Shown here one piece after another: positions 20,301 through 29,677 of a stretch of 64,000 bases of DNA. How positions within the stretch are numbered: the first letter of the stretch is position 1; each line of letters opens with the position of its first letter. The stretch is from IMG/VR virus record IMGVR_UViG_3300044730_000647, positions 1,079 through 65,078 of that record, one strand, 5' to 3'. The stretch comes from a virus (Duplodnaviria; Caudoviricetes). The notes under the pieces are model-generated. The model did not search any database, was not told the origin of the DNA, and saw nothing but the letters and a program-made list of their open reading frames with translations. The position numbers and the translations under genes are program-made.

Positions 20301-20625
20301 AAGAAGGTCTGGCGCCATAGACTACGATACAGATCAGTCAGAGGACTCCTCAAATAAAGAATTTGTTGTTTTTGAATCTTCTTGGATTCAGTCTGAAGAG
20401 GACGCAAAAACTTTAGCAGATTGGATAAAGTCAAGCGTATTAAATAAAGGAAGGTTTGTGGACATAGAAGTTTTTGGAAACCCTTTAATTTCTGCTGGCG
20501 ATATTATAAGTATTAAATACCCAGTTTTGGGCATGTCTGAAACAGATACTAAATATTTAGTTGTTAGATGCTCCTTGCAATATAGTGAGGGGGTAACCAC
20601 TACGCTTTCATGTAGAGCAATCTAA
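17323..20625 (+). CDS. Minor tail / tail-tip hub protein
   Basis: 1100 aa; TVWEVLQEL...AFVDEYNVLNF and the C-terminal FGNPLISAGDII hub motif; internal beta-sandwich-like region. Confidence 0.7.
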   Translation: MITVSNETKDLIKKGYSLSTSAGATIEYNLNSMVEYIKATSSALTNPFGPAFKKLFPIDTIYKPFRPLSPGIKYLVHTNNNTDTPVDSFERPRDLDIGTRPRLYYPGPDMVYKYWLAPKNTNIDISLEYFSDEAKTTAKLVPANKIVARFETSHDTPTSWTITGVKQDNTTITVSGTTLTQKEAPDYKGGEAIIYYDGTTWSTAEPTTYTTTQYFKKISLAAVNSNTGKFLGVIELSPRWVMSIDSDIVSFTVNKETTSDDTSIVPVGVITANYLSLLITKYNTTSRQIVEYDRFGPIDNSKLYLFKNAIIRPHINIGDGSSVQKVPQGVFYVASWSLSEFGEASIDATDAAKILQDTICPQLLVESSPVTSVIKRILDSVGFSNYKINIKKTDGKVDDDSIPSLVYWWSDGEQTVWEVLQELCRDIQMNAFVDEYNVLNFYTRNFIYDKELPTSWIFTNEEIKSGSNVEYAPNIIRLSTKELFSANNVRVRYKTAFVSTNSESSSPLWKSESSFLGAGSLATDINDDSTKFQLNQNTINSARVDKILDQFNGYVLINGEVIEYDGVWYQYVPEEKDTTFTPPRDKPPVRVLIKNQSDIWKYSALAKPGYKYFYPTGEYNIKTRGALSTSKMSHKKTLNSYINEPGQNDSNRFNKYNITLATPDVAKLKPGVGSITTPANTEEETIAKSFLAISNLDKDKKTFDIAVKDFNSVDTTKPFVSFGTRMFFDSQLNTPEQVGGIGFCLDSTGKNGYYVLVRTTAFSGLQKDIMVVRVNNNKLTVLKDSQQTSTKTLAGIYAGSSYNIDVLVKKESLKNIITVFINGFKIEAIDSGSDSVNLTIPPLSITKNVGLHCGQGIAYFEYLYAKSIDEDVYKNISLTRNYEYNGVYADDTLSMLFGDLIYNAGQTAADENGALFEFGTTAREIRKVKESYDDESRPAVPITFRTALNKYVKILDQRLQPFGAESYVLNNTSTTVVLDDSNNTSFYVLGNSIRRSGAIDYDTDQSEDSSNKEFVVFESSWIQSEEDAKTLADWIKSSVLNKGRFVDIEVFGNPLISAGDIISIKYPVLGMSETDTKYLVVRCSLQYSEGVTTTLSCRAI

Positions 20626-20633
20626 TGGCGTAA

Positions 20634-20642
20634 TGGTATAAT
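20634..20642 (+). promoter_or_regulatory. Extended -10 promoter TGGTATAAT, leaderless arrangement
   Basis: TATAAT ends 6 nt before ATG 20649; no SD. Confidence 0.7.
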
Positions 20643-20648
20643 AAATAA

Positions 20649-20996
20649 ATGGGAATTGAAGTAGGAAAAATACCAGTCATCTTTGATGATGACCCTCGTT
20701 TAGCCGAAGTTTGGAAGGGCAAGTCTGGAGAGACTAAGTCCATTACTCAATCCTTTCCATTTGGATCAAACAGTTCTGTAGGATCTCCTGGGGACGAAGA
20801 TGGAGACGACGATCCCAAAGGCGGTAAAAGGCCTCAGCTTTCAGACATAGTTTTAAAAGGATTTGAGCTGTATGAGGATGCATCTGGAATGCAAAGAGCA
20901 AGAGCTAAGTTTAGAATTTACAATTCAAGCGAAGAGAAGATAGATGGTTTCTTATACGCAATAACAATATCAGATAAGCAGGGAGGAAGATCATGA
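20649..20996 (+). CDS. Hypothetical tail-region protein
   Basis: 115 aa, own promoter, overlaps the next gene. Confidence 0.6.
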   Translation: MGIEVGKIPVIFDDDPRLAEVWKGKSGETKSITQSFPFGSNSSVGSPGDEDGDDDPKGGKRPQLSDIVLKGFELYEDASGMQRARAKFRIYNSSEEKIDGFLYAITISDKQGGRS

Positions 20997-21853
20997 TAAC
21001 TAAATTTGGTAAAAGATTTCTTACTAATTTTGTAGCTGGTAACTCATCATTTTCTTCAAAAGAAATGGCTATTGGAATTGCAACAGGAACTGAATATGCT
21101 TTGTCAGATACAAACTCAAGACTTGGTTTTGAGTTCTATCGTGTTCCAATTAGGGTCGGAGGGATCGATATAGACTCTTCTGTATCACCAATAAAATATA
21201 CAGTAATCTATTCAGCTACACTTCCTACAAACATTGCAGGTAAGATTAATGAAATTGGAATCTACTCTGGCCAGTCTTATTCAAGAAATTTATATGAAAG
21301 CAAATTTATATCTAACTTTGAATTGCCATACCAGTGGAGTCCAGAGCCAGAGCTAGATCAAACAAACTTTAGAGTTGGAGATAGTTCGTTAACATTTACA
21401 TCAAATGGGGCGGCCCCAAAAGAGTACACTTACATACTTGATAGTATGGATATATCTGGGTACAACCCATTAGATACATTATCATTTTCATACAAAGCAA
21501 ATGATGCAAACCTGTCCTCATTGAAGGTAAGGCTCTATAGCTCAAATACCGATTACTTAGAATTTACATTTACTGGACACTCAGTTGGAAACAATATAAA
21601 GAATTTAAACATGTCTACTGGGGTATCAACAGGAACATTTAATCCACAAAGTGTTGTTAAGTTAGGAATTATTGTTACTCCAACAACTGCTCAAACATCT
21701 GTATCTATGGATGGTCTTAGAATAAATGACGAGGACACCTTTGATCCAGAATACGGTCTCATTGCCAGATCTATACTAGACTCAACAATGATTAAAGTAA
21801 TTGGAAGAGAAGCATCAATAGAATTTAAACTAGACCTTTCGTTTGGGGTTTAA
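20993..21853 (+). CDS. Tail/baseplate-associated structural protein
   Basis: MITKFGKRFL...MAIGIATG...INEIGIY N-terminus typical of tail collar/fibre-anchor proteins, plus a carbohydrate-binding-like C-terminal half. Confidence 0.6.
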   Translation: MITKFGKRFLTNFVAGNSSFSSKEMAIGIATGTEYALSDTNSRLGFEFYRVPIRVGGIDIDSSVSPIKYTVIYSATLPTNIAGKINEIGIYSGQSYSRNLYESKFISNFELPYQWSPEPELDQTNFRVGDSSLTFTSNGAAPKEYTYILDSMDISGYNPLDTLSFSYKANDANLSSLKVRLYSSNTDYLEFTFTGHSVGNNIKNLNMSTGVSTGTFNPQSVVKLGIIVTPTTAQTSVSMDGLRINDEDTFDPEYGLIARSILDSTMIKVIGREASIEFKLDLSFGV

Positions 21854-21854
21854 T

Positions 21855-24800
21855 GTGTCAGAACAATATCCAGATCTAGGAATAACTCAGAGTCAAGATG
21901 GAGACTACTGGGATGTTGTAATCCCAGATCTAGATTGTAATACTGATTATGCATTGCAGGCTGCTTGGATATATAGCGATAAGTCTTTGGGAACAAGCGA
22001 ATTTTCAGACAGATTTAATTTTACTACACCTGCACCCTCAAGGGTTTGCCCAATAAACGTAGTCGCCACATGGGATGCAACGGCTGGATTAAATTTAACA
22101 TGGACAAAAAATGATGACCGTGTAAGAAATTATGTAGTGTCGCTAACTGCTGGTGGATATACAAGATCTCAACTTATTCCAGCATCTGGCTCATCATTAA
22201 ATTATTCATGGGTTCTTACTAAAGAAAATAATATTTTTCAGTTTGGAAATAAATTTAGAACAGAATTTACATCTTTTACTATTCAAAGTGTGTATGGTGA
22301 TGGAAGCTCAGACCAATGCCCAGTAACGCTAGCACCGTATGTTGATCCAATATGTGCAAACTCTATACCAGACGATAAATGGAAAGTGGCAAGTACTATA
22401 GATGGAATAATGGTATCTTGGCAAGATGATCTATCAAAAGCTTTAACGTATAGAGAGACAAGAGTTTTTGTATCTTTAACCAATAACCCTTACAATTGGG
22501 TTCAAAGGTATACTGGAATTGGCCCTGCCGATATAGGCCTAGATACAATAAATGATGTTTATGTTAAAGTTAATCACTTATCATATTCCGATTGCCAGGG
22601 TCTGGACTCTTCTGTAAAAACAGCAAAGATATTTGATCCTCAAACATTTGATAAAGAGCCTCCAAACGAAGTAGTTCTAGGAAATGTAACCTGGTCTGGA
22701 GAGGACCTTGTTATACCATACACAATGCCTTTAACAAACCCTCCAGATAGATTTAAGATTACTTTAACAAATACTTTAACTCCTCCAACATCAGCAATAT
22801 TTTATGGCGAGCCTCCATCTGCTTCTGGAACTCATAGTTTAAAAATACCATATTCTGATTTTCTTCTAAATTTTGGTTATTTAAATTTAACACCCTCATA
22901 CACTGGGCTTTTTCAGTCTAGAGATATTGCTGGAAACTTTACTGCTGGAGTATCATTCACAACTCCCACAATTGGATGCCAAGGAACTGGATTAACTCCC
23001 ACCATTGATGACGCATTTGGCATAAGTGCTGGTTACACTGTTATATGGACAGCACCATCGTGGGCGGTAGCAACAGAAGTTTATGCGAGAGATGCTGGTA
23101 GCCAGCAATCAACTTTAGTTTATTCTGGCCCAAGCCCAGCAATAAAAGGCACCGAGCTTGACACAAGCCCTTTTGCAGATAAGATAGTAAAAATAAGATA
23201 CGTTGGAAAATTTGGCTGCTACTCTAATTTTTCTTTAGAGAAAACAGTAAAGCCAATAGATTCAATTGCATTTGATGACAACCCTCCAGAGAATGATTTT
23301 GAATTGCAATCAGCTACAGTATCCGATGACTCTAACGGCTTATTTTCTTTTGATAAAAAAGTTTTATTTACATGGACAGAAAATACAGATCCAGACACTG
23401 CTGGATATAGAATTAGATTTAGGATACAGGGATCAACAGGTCCTTACACATACATGTCTGTACCAGGAAGAACCAAAACTTCCTCTTATCTTTATGGTCT
23501 AAAAGGCGGAAAGACATATGAGATTGCTGTTAGCACATTTGATATTTACGGAAACACAAATGAAACCGCATGGAGAACTTATGATCCTGTAGTATCTCCA
23601 GTCAGCAACTCCTTGCTTCCAGATGTAGCAATAACCGCTGGAGACATGAAGCTTGGATATGGAATTGACGGAGATAATTCTCAAAAAGGACTTTACGTAG
23701 CGCCAAATAATTATTGGTATGTGCAAGGAAATACTAATGAGTCGAGTGCTGCTTACTTTACAGTCGGTGGAACAACAGACAAAATGGTTTGGGACGGAAT
23801 GGATTTATCAGTAACTGGAACTGTAAATGCAAATGCTGGAAACTTTACTGGATCAGTTGATATTGGAAGTGCTACAGTTCCTGGCCAACTAAGAGTTTAT
23901 TCTGGTGCCAATAAATTTGAAGTAGGACAATTAAAAAATTCATCTGGTGCATTTATAAATGAGTATGGAATTCAGGGGACAGATGCAAGTGGACAGCTGT
24001 TTCAGCTCGATACATTAAATGGAATTATAACAAATAAAGGACGCATTGGCGGATGGGAAATTTCTTTAGACAAGATAGAAAAGGGAAACACGGTTTCTGT
24101 AGGAACCCCTGCTGTTTCATCTATGAGATATGCGGGAATGTCTCCAGGAAGCACCTATTCATTTTGGGCAGGCTCACCTTCAGCAGGCGGATCTGATGCA
24201 GCAGAATTTTACGTTAAGCCTAATGGATATGTTAAAGCAAACAATATTGATATTACTGGCGGTAAGATAAAAGTTGGCTCAGGGTTTGAAGTTGCAGCAA
24301 CTACTGGATTACTAAAAGCCAATGATGCTAATATACGAGGAAGCATATATGTAGACAATGGAGTGATAGGTTCTATTCAAATAGGTGGATCGGCTACAAG
24401 AACTGGTGACACATCTCCTACTAACTTCGGCGACGGCCAAATACTTTTGAACACAGACCAAGGAAAGATAGAGTTTGGAGTTTTAAAAGATCAACTCGGT
24501 GCTAAAATTGGAACTGGTATTCAGGTAACAAGCACAGCAGACGGACAATTTGTTTCTTTGGATACAGTGAATGGAATTAAAGCAGTAAAAGGATTAATAG
24601 CTGGATGGACATTGTCAAAGGATGCATCTGGCTCATCCATTAACTATGGTGGAAATGTTGGACTATATGCTCCAAATACATCATCAGATTCAACAGTAAT
24701 GATTTGGGCTGGAGGATCTAGAACGGTCTCTCCTAATTTCTCTGTTACCTACTCAGGTAAAATGACTGCAGTAGATGCAGTTATTAAAGGAGCACTATTT

Positions 24801-25574
24801 GCAGGTCAAGGAGGTTTCGGAACAGCTGTTCCTACAACAGCCGCAGATATTGCTGCAGGTAATACTACAGGATATAAGATTACAAGCGGCTGGACAATCG
24901 ATTCTGCAAATATTAAGTCTACAAATACATTATCTCAAGTAACACTTAATGGAGAACAAGGCTCTATTATTGGCGGAAACATTGTTGGGTCAAATCATTA
25001 CTTTACAACACCTGCTGAATGGAATACAGTATATCCAGGATCGGGAAGCGGCAACCCAGGAAATATTGATTACATATCTTCATCTGGTGCATTTAGATTA
25101 GCTGGCGGAAAAATAACCTATTCAACTCCTACCCAAGAAAACCCTAATGGAACATTTAATATTCAAACAGATTTAGTTGCATCAAATATATTTTTAGGAG
25201 CAGGTGAAAGTTTTTCAAATGATTATTTACTAGGAAAATCTACAACTATACCAGCAACAGGACCAGGCGGGGTAACAAAAGGTGCTGGAAGCTTTAGTTT
25301 AGGAAACAGATCAGTTGTTTACGAAAATGGAATTTTTTCAATAAATCCAGATCAAAAACCTTATGCTGCCTTTAAAATCAGATTAAGCGTAACATCAAAT
25401 AATGATGGGTATGGCGGAGACACAACTGTTGTGCAGGATAAAGATGGATACTTGACTACTGGTAGAGCATTTCATTATGGAGGAGGAAACCTTCCTAACG
25501 GTGCTTTAACTAGAGACGTTGGCGGTACATCTGTAAGCTTTAATCCTGGAGATATATGGCTTTCAAGAATTTAA
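21855..25574 (+). CDS. Tail fibre/adhesin with fibronectin-III-like domains
   Basis: GTG at 21855 in frame with ORF 21843; repeated FN3 patterns (LNLTW, VSWQD, FTWTEN...GYRIRFR...YEIAVSTFDIYGN); Gly-rich IGGW/IAGW repeats; ends GDIWL. Confidence 0.7.
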   Translation: MSEQYPDLGITQSQDGDYWDVVIPDLDCNTDYALQAAWIYSDKSLGTSEFSDRFNFTTPAPSRVCPINVVATWDATAGLNLTWTKNDDRVRNYVVSLTAGGYTRSQLIPASGSSLNYSWVLTKENNIFQFGNKFRTEFTSFTIQSVYGDGSSDQCPVTLAPYVDPICANSIPDDKWKVASTIDGIMVSWQDDLSKALTYRETRVFVSLTNNPYNWVQRYTGIGPADIGLDTINDVYVKVNHLSYSDCQGLDSSVKTAKIFDPQTFDKEPPNEVVLGNVTWSGEDLVIPYTMPLTNPPDRFKITLTNTLTPPTSAIFYGEPPSASGTHSLKIPYSDFLLNFGYLNLTPSYTGLFQSRDIAGNFTAGVSFTTPTIGCQGTGLTPTIDDAFGISAGYTVIWTAPSWAVATEVYARDAGSQQSTLVYSGPSPAIKGTELDTSPFADKIVKIRYVGKFGCYSNFSLEKTVKPIDSIAFDDNPPENDFELQSATVSDDSNGLFSFDKKVLFTWTENTDPDTAGYRIRFRIQGSTGPYTYMSVPGRTKTSSYLYGLKGGKTYEIAVSTFDIYGNTNETAWRTYDPVVSPVSNSLLPDVAITAGDMKLGYGIDGDNSQKGLYVAPNNYWYVQGNTNESSAAYFTVGGTTDKMVWDGMDLSVTGTVNANAGNFTGSVDIGSATVPGQLRVYSGANKFEVGQLKNSSGAFINEYGIQGTDASGQLFQLDTLNGIITNKGRIGGWEISLDKIEKGNTVSVGTPAVSSMRYAGMSPGSTYSFWAGSPSAGGSDAAEFYVKPNGYVKANNIDITGGKIKVGSGFEVAATTGLLKANDANIRGSIYVDNGVIGSIQIGGSATRTGDTSPTNFGDGQILLNTDQGKIEFGVLKDQLGAKIGTGIQVTSTADGQFVSLDTVNGIKAVKGLIAGWTLSKDASGSSINYGGNVGLYAPNTSSDSTVMIWAGGSRTVSPNFSVTYSGKMTAVDAVIKGALFAGQGGFGTAVPTTAADIAAGNTTGYKITSGWTIDSANIKSTNTLSQVTLNGEQGSIIGGNIVGSNHYFTTPAEWNTVYPGSGSGNPGNIDYISSSGAFRLAGGKITYSTPTQENPNGTFNIQTDLVASNIFLGAGESFSNDYLLGKSTTIPATGPGGVTKGAGSFSLGNRSVVYENGIFSINPDQKPYAAFKIRLSVTSNNDGYGGDTTVVQDKDGYLTTGRAFHYGGGNLPNGALTRDVGGTSVSFNPGDIWLSRI

Positions 25575-25586
25575 TGGTGTAGAAAT

Positions 25587-28500
25587 ATGACAATCTGGAG
25601 AAGAATTAACGACTCAGGCGGTGAGGTTTCTGTAGCCACTAATGGCTGGGTAAAAATAAAAAATATTTTTAGAAGAATAAATGACTTCGGTGGAGAAGTC
25701 AACGTGGCTGATCGTGGCTGGGTAAAACTTAAAAGCATATGGAGATACGAAGGAAGCGGCATCTGGAGAAGAATATTTGGAGCAGCGTTCCCATATCCAA
25801 AATCAGACGTGGGTCTTGTATTTATATCTCCATCATCGATAGAGTCAGAGTATCAGTGCACTCAGCAAGACAAGATGTATGTCAGAAGAGGAAAGTGGTA
25901 CGAAGACCCTAAATCCTTTTTAATAAAAATTCAAAAGGCTGCCCTTGGCGGGTGGGCAGATCAAACAGATTTAATAACTCAAGAATTAGAGTATCTAGAA
26001 TATAAAGACTCTGACTACCTAGATCAGGTTCCAACGAATACTGCATTGCGCCCAGTAATTAATTTAGAAGACATTAAAAATAAAGTTGGGTTTAGAGCAA
26101 AGATTCAAGCTGCAGAAGATAAAAATCCAGAAGAGTCGGATTACTTAGAGGCAACTACATGGTATCCAAGTGCAAACGGAATATTCCCAAAACTAACATT
26201 TGGATTTCACACATACAGCACTGGAGATCAAATAATTGAAGATGAAACACTTAGCATGCCTGAATTTAAAATATTTGGATTTAAATGGCAGTACCTAACA
26301 TCATCTGCATCATCATATCCAAATGGACAATATTTTTCTTCATCTCGGACTGATGAGTTTATTGGAAAGCAAATAGTTGAGTTTACTGATTTTTATGGTA
26401 CAAGGATAGGAGATCTGAAAAGCGAAGACGTACTTCCAAATCACCAGTACTCTAGTTTTGTACAGTATACACAAGCAATGATTGATTCTGGTGAAGACTA
26501 TATAATTAATGTTTATGCAGTTGCAAAAGATTACTATTATAATCCCAGCCTTTCTTTGGAGCAGCACCTGCTAGATTTTAATGAAACCCAACAAGTTGCT
26601 TCATATGTATTTACCCCTCCTAGGGAAATAGAAAACCCAGAAATAACAATATCAAATAGAACAAAAAGCTCCGCAGACATTTCTTGGTATTCACCAGATG
26701 CAGAAAGATACAAGGTTGATCTAATTGATTCTATTACAGGTAACTCTTTGCCTGGCTATCCATTAGCCTCAACAACAAGTACTTCTGCCAGCCCTTTTGG
26801 ATTAACGGAAAACAGACTGTATACCGTTTTGGTAACGGCACTTGCTGGAGAAGGAGATAAGTACAAAAGCGACGAGGTTTCTAAAAGCTTTAGAACAATT
26901 TCTACTGGCGTAGAGGCAATTCTTGGAGAGCCTTATGATATTACAGAAAATAGTTATAAGGTATATATAGCAAACTATAGCAGCTTATCTGGATTTACTA
27001 TAACAGCAAATGTAAGCTTAGGGTCAGCATCCATATCTGCAGATGTAATTTCAGTATCTGGAATAACAAGCAGTGGAGATTCCTGCCTAACTGTTACAAC
27101 TGAAAAAATAGATAATGTCAATTTAACTGCAGTCTCTTATGAGCAAGCTACATCCGACACTCTATGTACAGAAATAGGTTCCATATGGTACTGCTTAACA
27201 TATGGAAATACTCAGCCAGTAGTTTGTTCTGGGCCAACAATTGAGTTATCGGATAAATCTGGAGGCGCTAGCGGATACTCTATAACCTGCTCTAAAACAG
27301 AAATATGTTGTCAAAAGGTCGTGCTGGAGCCAAAGGTTTATACAGAATGGGTTATTGGATTGTGTACAGTTTTCCCTGCAGATCCTAAGAGACCAAGAAC
27401 TAGACAATGGACACAGCAACAAAAAACTACTTCTCAAAATTGCGTAGTTACTACTGTTGAGCTTTCTGGCTCAGAAACAGAATACATAGATTGTTGTATT
27501 GCCACCTCAACTTTAGGCGAAAAGACTTATGGAACTCCTGGTCCTTGGGGTACGTGTACTCCTAACGTAGGAATAACTAGACTAGTACCATGGACTGCTA
27601 CTAGAACTAATTACAGCAGAGACTGCATTACCACTACAACTCAAGAGTCTGGGAATGAGCAGCAGTTTAAAGATTGTTGTGTTGCCAGCACAGTTGACGG
27701 GGATAAGACATACAGTGCCTGGTCTGAATACGGCGAGTGTTATGGAGCTGATCCTAGAAGAACTCGATCAAGAACCTGGACTGCACTAAGAATAACAACA
27801 AATACTAGCTGTGTTGAAACAACAACAGAAATAAGTGGTACAGAGCAACAGGACACAAGCTGCTGTACACCTTCTACAACTTATGGACCAAAAACTTACG
27901 GAACACCTGGCCCATGGGGTACATGTAATTTAAATACTGGACAAATAGGAAGACTAATTCCCTGGACAGCAACAGCTACTACTATAAACTCAAGCTGTGT
28001 TACTACGGTTGGTCCAGGATCTGGAAATGATGTCGATTATAAAGATTGCTGTACTTCCAGCGTCACCACTGGCCCAAAGACATACAGTGACTGGTCTGCA
28101 TACGGAAGCTGTATCCAAGGAGAAAGAACACGCTATAGAACCTGGACGGCAATTGAAACAAGCAATACAATTAACTGCACATCATCAACAAAAGAAGTAA
28201 ACGGAACTGAGTTTGGGTATGCGCCATGCTGCACAGCTGGGTGTACTCTGGGTACTAAAACCTACGGTGATTGGTCTGCATACGGAAGTTGCAGTAATGG
28301 CGAGAGAAGAAGACAGAGATCTTGGACTGCAATAAATACGTGTATCGATTCAAGCTGTAATATAATTTCTCAAAATGAATTAAATAGTGTTGAGTATGAG
28401 TACACATCATGTTGCACTCAGGTATGTACAACTGGTGAAAAGACTTATGGGGCCTGGGGTGCGTATGGAAGCTGTAATCTATTTACCTCACAGATTTGCA

Positions 28501-29663
28501 GAACAAGACCTTGGACAGCTCAACAATCTTGTTTTACAACAAGCTGCACAAATGAAGTAACTACTATTTCTGGAAATGATATTGAGTGTATAGATTGTTG
28601 TACTGCTAGCGTTACCACTGGTCCAAAGACATATAGTGCCTGGTCTGCATACGGAAACTGTAGCCAAGGAGAAAGAACACGCTCTAGAACCTGGACGGCA
28701 ATTGAAACAAGCAATACAGTTAATTGCACTTCATCAACAAAAGAGGTTAGCGGAACTGAGTTTGAGTATGCGCCATGCTGCACGGCAGGATGTACAACTG
28801 GTGATAGAAGTTATAGCGCATGGGGGTCATGGGGGTCATGTAGCCAAGGAGAACAGGCTAGAATTAGAACTTGGACTGCTATAGAAACATGTATTAATTC
28901 AAGCTGCAATGTTTTGTCTACCAGAGAAGTTAGTAGTTTTGAAATAGAATACAGAAACTGTACCACTATTAATACAATTAATACTATTAACACAATTAAT
29001 ACTATTAACACAATTAATACTATTAACACAATTAATACTATTAACACAATTAATACTATTAACACAATTGATACAATTGATACAATTAATACTATTAACA
29101 CAATTGATACAATTAATACTATTAACACAATTGATACAATTGATACAATTGATACCATTGACACAATTGATACAGGCGGTGGTGGATGTCACGTTGTAGG
29201 AACTAAAATACAGATGGCAGATGGCACATTTAAAAATATTGAAGACCTTTATATTGGAGATGAAGTAATGGCAGCAGACGTTCCAGGTGTTGGCGACAAC
29301 GAAGCTGACATAAGCAATCTATCTCTCTGGTCATCCGAAGATATTTCTGGAACAACTAAGACTGTAGCAAATGTAACAAATGTTATTATAAGATCTTATG
29401 GACAGTACTACTTAATAAATGATACAATTAAGATAACGTACGAGCATATTATTCCAGCAAGACAAAACGGTGTTTGGAAATTTATTGAGGTTAAAGACTT
29501 AAATGTGGGTGATACAGTTATGAATGAGAATTTAGATAACGTTACGGTTACCTCAAAAATTTTAGTTGATGAAATAGTCGAAACAGTTTCAATTAATATT
29601 GAAAATAAAGACATATACTTTGTTGAGGGCTTAATGGCTCACAACTTCAGCGAAAAGACATAA
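25587..29663 (+). CDS. Tail-associated Cys-rich repeat protein with I[N/D]T repeats and C-terminal Hint domain
   Basis: N-terminal W-rich repeats, an FN3-like domain, nine ~61-aa CC...W..C...R.R.W...C repeats, 23 I-[N/D]-T units, then GGGG-CHVVGTKIQMADG...TYEH...AHN. Confidence 0.8.
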   Translation: MTIWRRINDSGGEVSVATNGWVKIKNIFRRINDFGGEVNVADRGWVKLKSIWRYEGSGIWRRIFGAAFPYPKSDVGLVFISPSSIESEYQCTQQDKMYVRRGKWYEDPKSFLIKIQKAALGGWADQTDLITQELEYLEYKDSDYLDQVPTNTALRPVINLEDIKNKVGFRAKIQAAEDKNPEESDYLEATTWYPSANGIFPKLTFGFHTYSTGDQIIEDETLSMPEFKIFGFKWQYLTSSASSYPNGQYFSSSRTDEFIGKQIVEFTDFYGTRIGDLKSEDVLPNHQYSSFVQYTQAMIDSGEDYIINVYAVAKDYYYNPSLSLEQHLLDFNETQQVASYVFTPPREIENPEITISNRTKSSADISWYSPDAERYKVDLIDSITGNSLPGYPLASTTSTSASPFGLTENRLYTVLVTALAGEGDKYKSDEVSKSFRTISTGVEAILGEPYDITENSYKVYIANYSSLSGFTITANVSLGSASISADVISVSGITSSGDSCLTVTTEKIDNVNLTAVSYEQATSDTLCTEIGSIWYCLTYGNTQPVVCSGPTIELSDKSGGASGYSITCSKTEICCQKVVLEPKVYTEWVIGLCTVFPADPKRPRTRQWTQQQKTTSQNCVVTTVELSGSETEYIDCCIATSTLGEKTYGTPGPWGTCTPNVGITRLVPWTATRTNYSRDCITTTTQESGNEQQFKDCCVASTVDGDKTYSAWSEYGECYGADPRRTRSRTWTALRITTNTSCVETTTEISGTEQQDTSCCTPSTTYGPKTYGTPGPWGTCNLNTGQIGRLIPWTATATTINSSCVTTVGPGSGNDVDYKDCCTSSVTTGPKTYSDWSAYGSCIQGERTRYRTWTAIETSNTINCTSSTKEVNGTEFGYAPCCTAGCTLGTKTYGDWSAYGSCSNGERRRQRSWTAINTCIDSSCNIISQNELNSVEYEYTSCCTQVCTTGEKTYGAWGAYGSCNLFTSQICRTRPWTAQQSCFTTSCTNEVTTISGNDIECIDCCTASVTTGPKTYSAWSAYGNCSQGERTRSRTWTAIETSNTVNCTSSTKEVSGTEFEYAPCCTAGCTTGDRSYSAWGSWGSCSQGEQARIRTWTAIETCINSSCNVLSTREVSSFEIEYRNCTTINTINTINTINTINTINTINTINTINTINTINTIDTIDTINTINTIDTINTINTIDTIDTIDTIDTIDTGGGGCHVVGTKIQMADGTFKNIEDLYIGDEVMAADVPGVGDNEADISNLSLWSSEDISGTTKTVANVTNVIIRSYGQYYLINDTIKITYEHIIPARQNGVWKFIEVKDLNVGDTVMNENLDNVTVTSKILVDEIVETVSINIENKDIYFVEGLMAHNFSEKT
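27306..28961 (+). repeat. Nine tandem ~61-aa Cys-rich thrombospondin-type-1-like repeats
   Basis: Consensus CC-x6-G-x-KTY-x2-W-x2-[YW]G-x-C...R-x-R-x-WTA...C...SG-x-E; units 5-6 and 8-9 are very similar in DNA (offset 549 nt). Confidence 0.9.
28968..29174 (+). repeat. 23 x 9-bp tandem repeat encoding I-N-T / I-D-T
   Basis: ATT-[AG]A[TC]-AC[ATC] x23 (15 INT, 8 IDT), with a higher-order 18-bp unit ATTAATACTATTAACACA. Confidence 0.95.
29187..29645 (+). other. Hint (Hedgehog/intein-like) autoprocessing domain within CDS 25587..29663
   Basis: Block A C1 (CHVVGTKIQMADG..KNIEDL..GD.V), block B TxxH (ITYEH), C-terminal HN followed by FSEKT-stop; no endonuclease. Confidence 0.88.
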
Positions 29664-29677
29664 GATGGGGGAACAAG

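Noticed and set aside
28047-28800. Near-identical repeat pair as a DGR template/variable repeat
   Set aside because: Differences include many synonymous C/T changes rather than being adenine-restricted; both copies are coding; no reverse transcriptase in the window
28968-29174. Possible CRISPR array
   Set aside because: Contiguous 9-bp units with no unique spacers, in frame within a CDS
28811-29192. Minus-strand ORFs with IVLIVL / CINCVNS repeats
   Set aside because: Antisense shadows of the 9-bp INT repeat; no start signals, and all supported genes are on +
29187-29663. Hint domain as a mobile splicing intein
   Set aside because: No homing endonuclease, +1 residue is Phe and the C-extein is only 5 aa; better read as an autoprocessing domain
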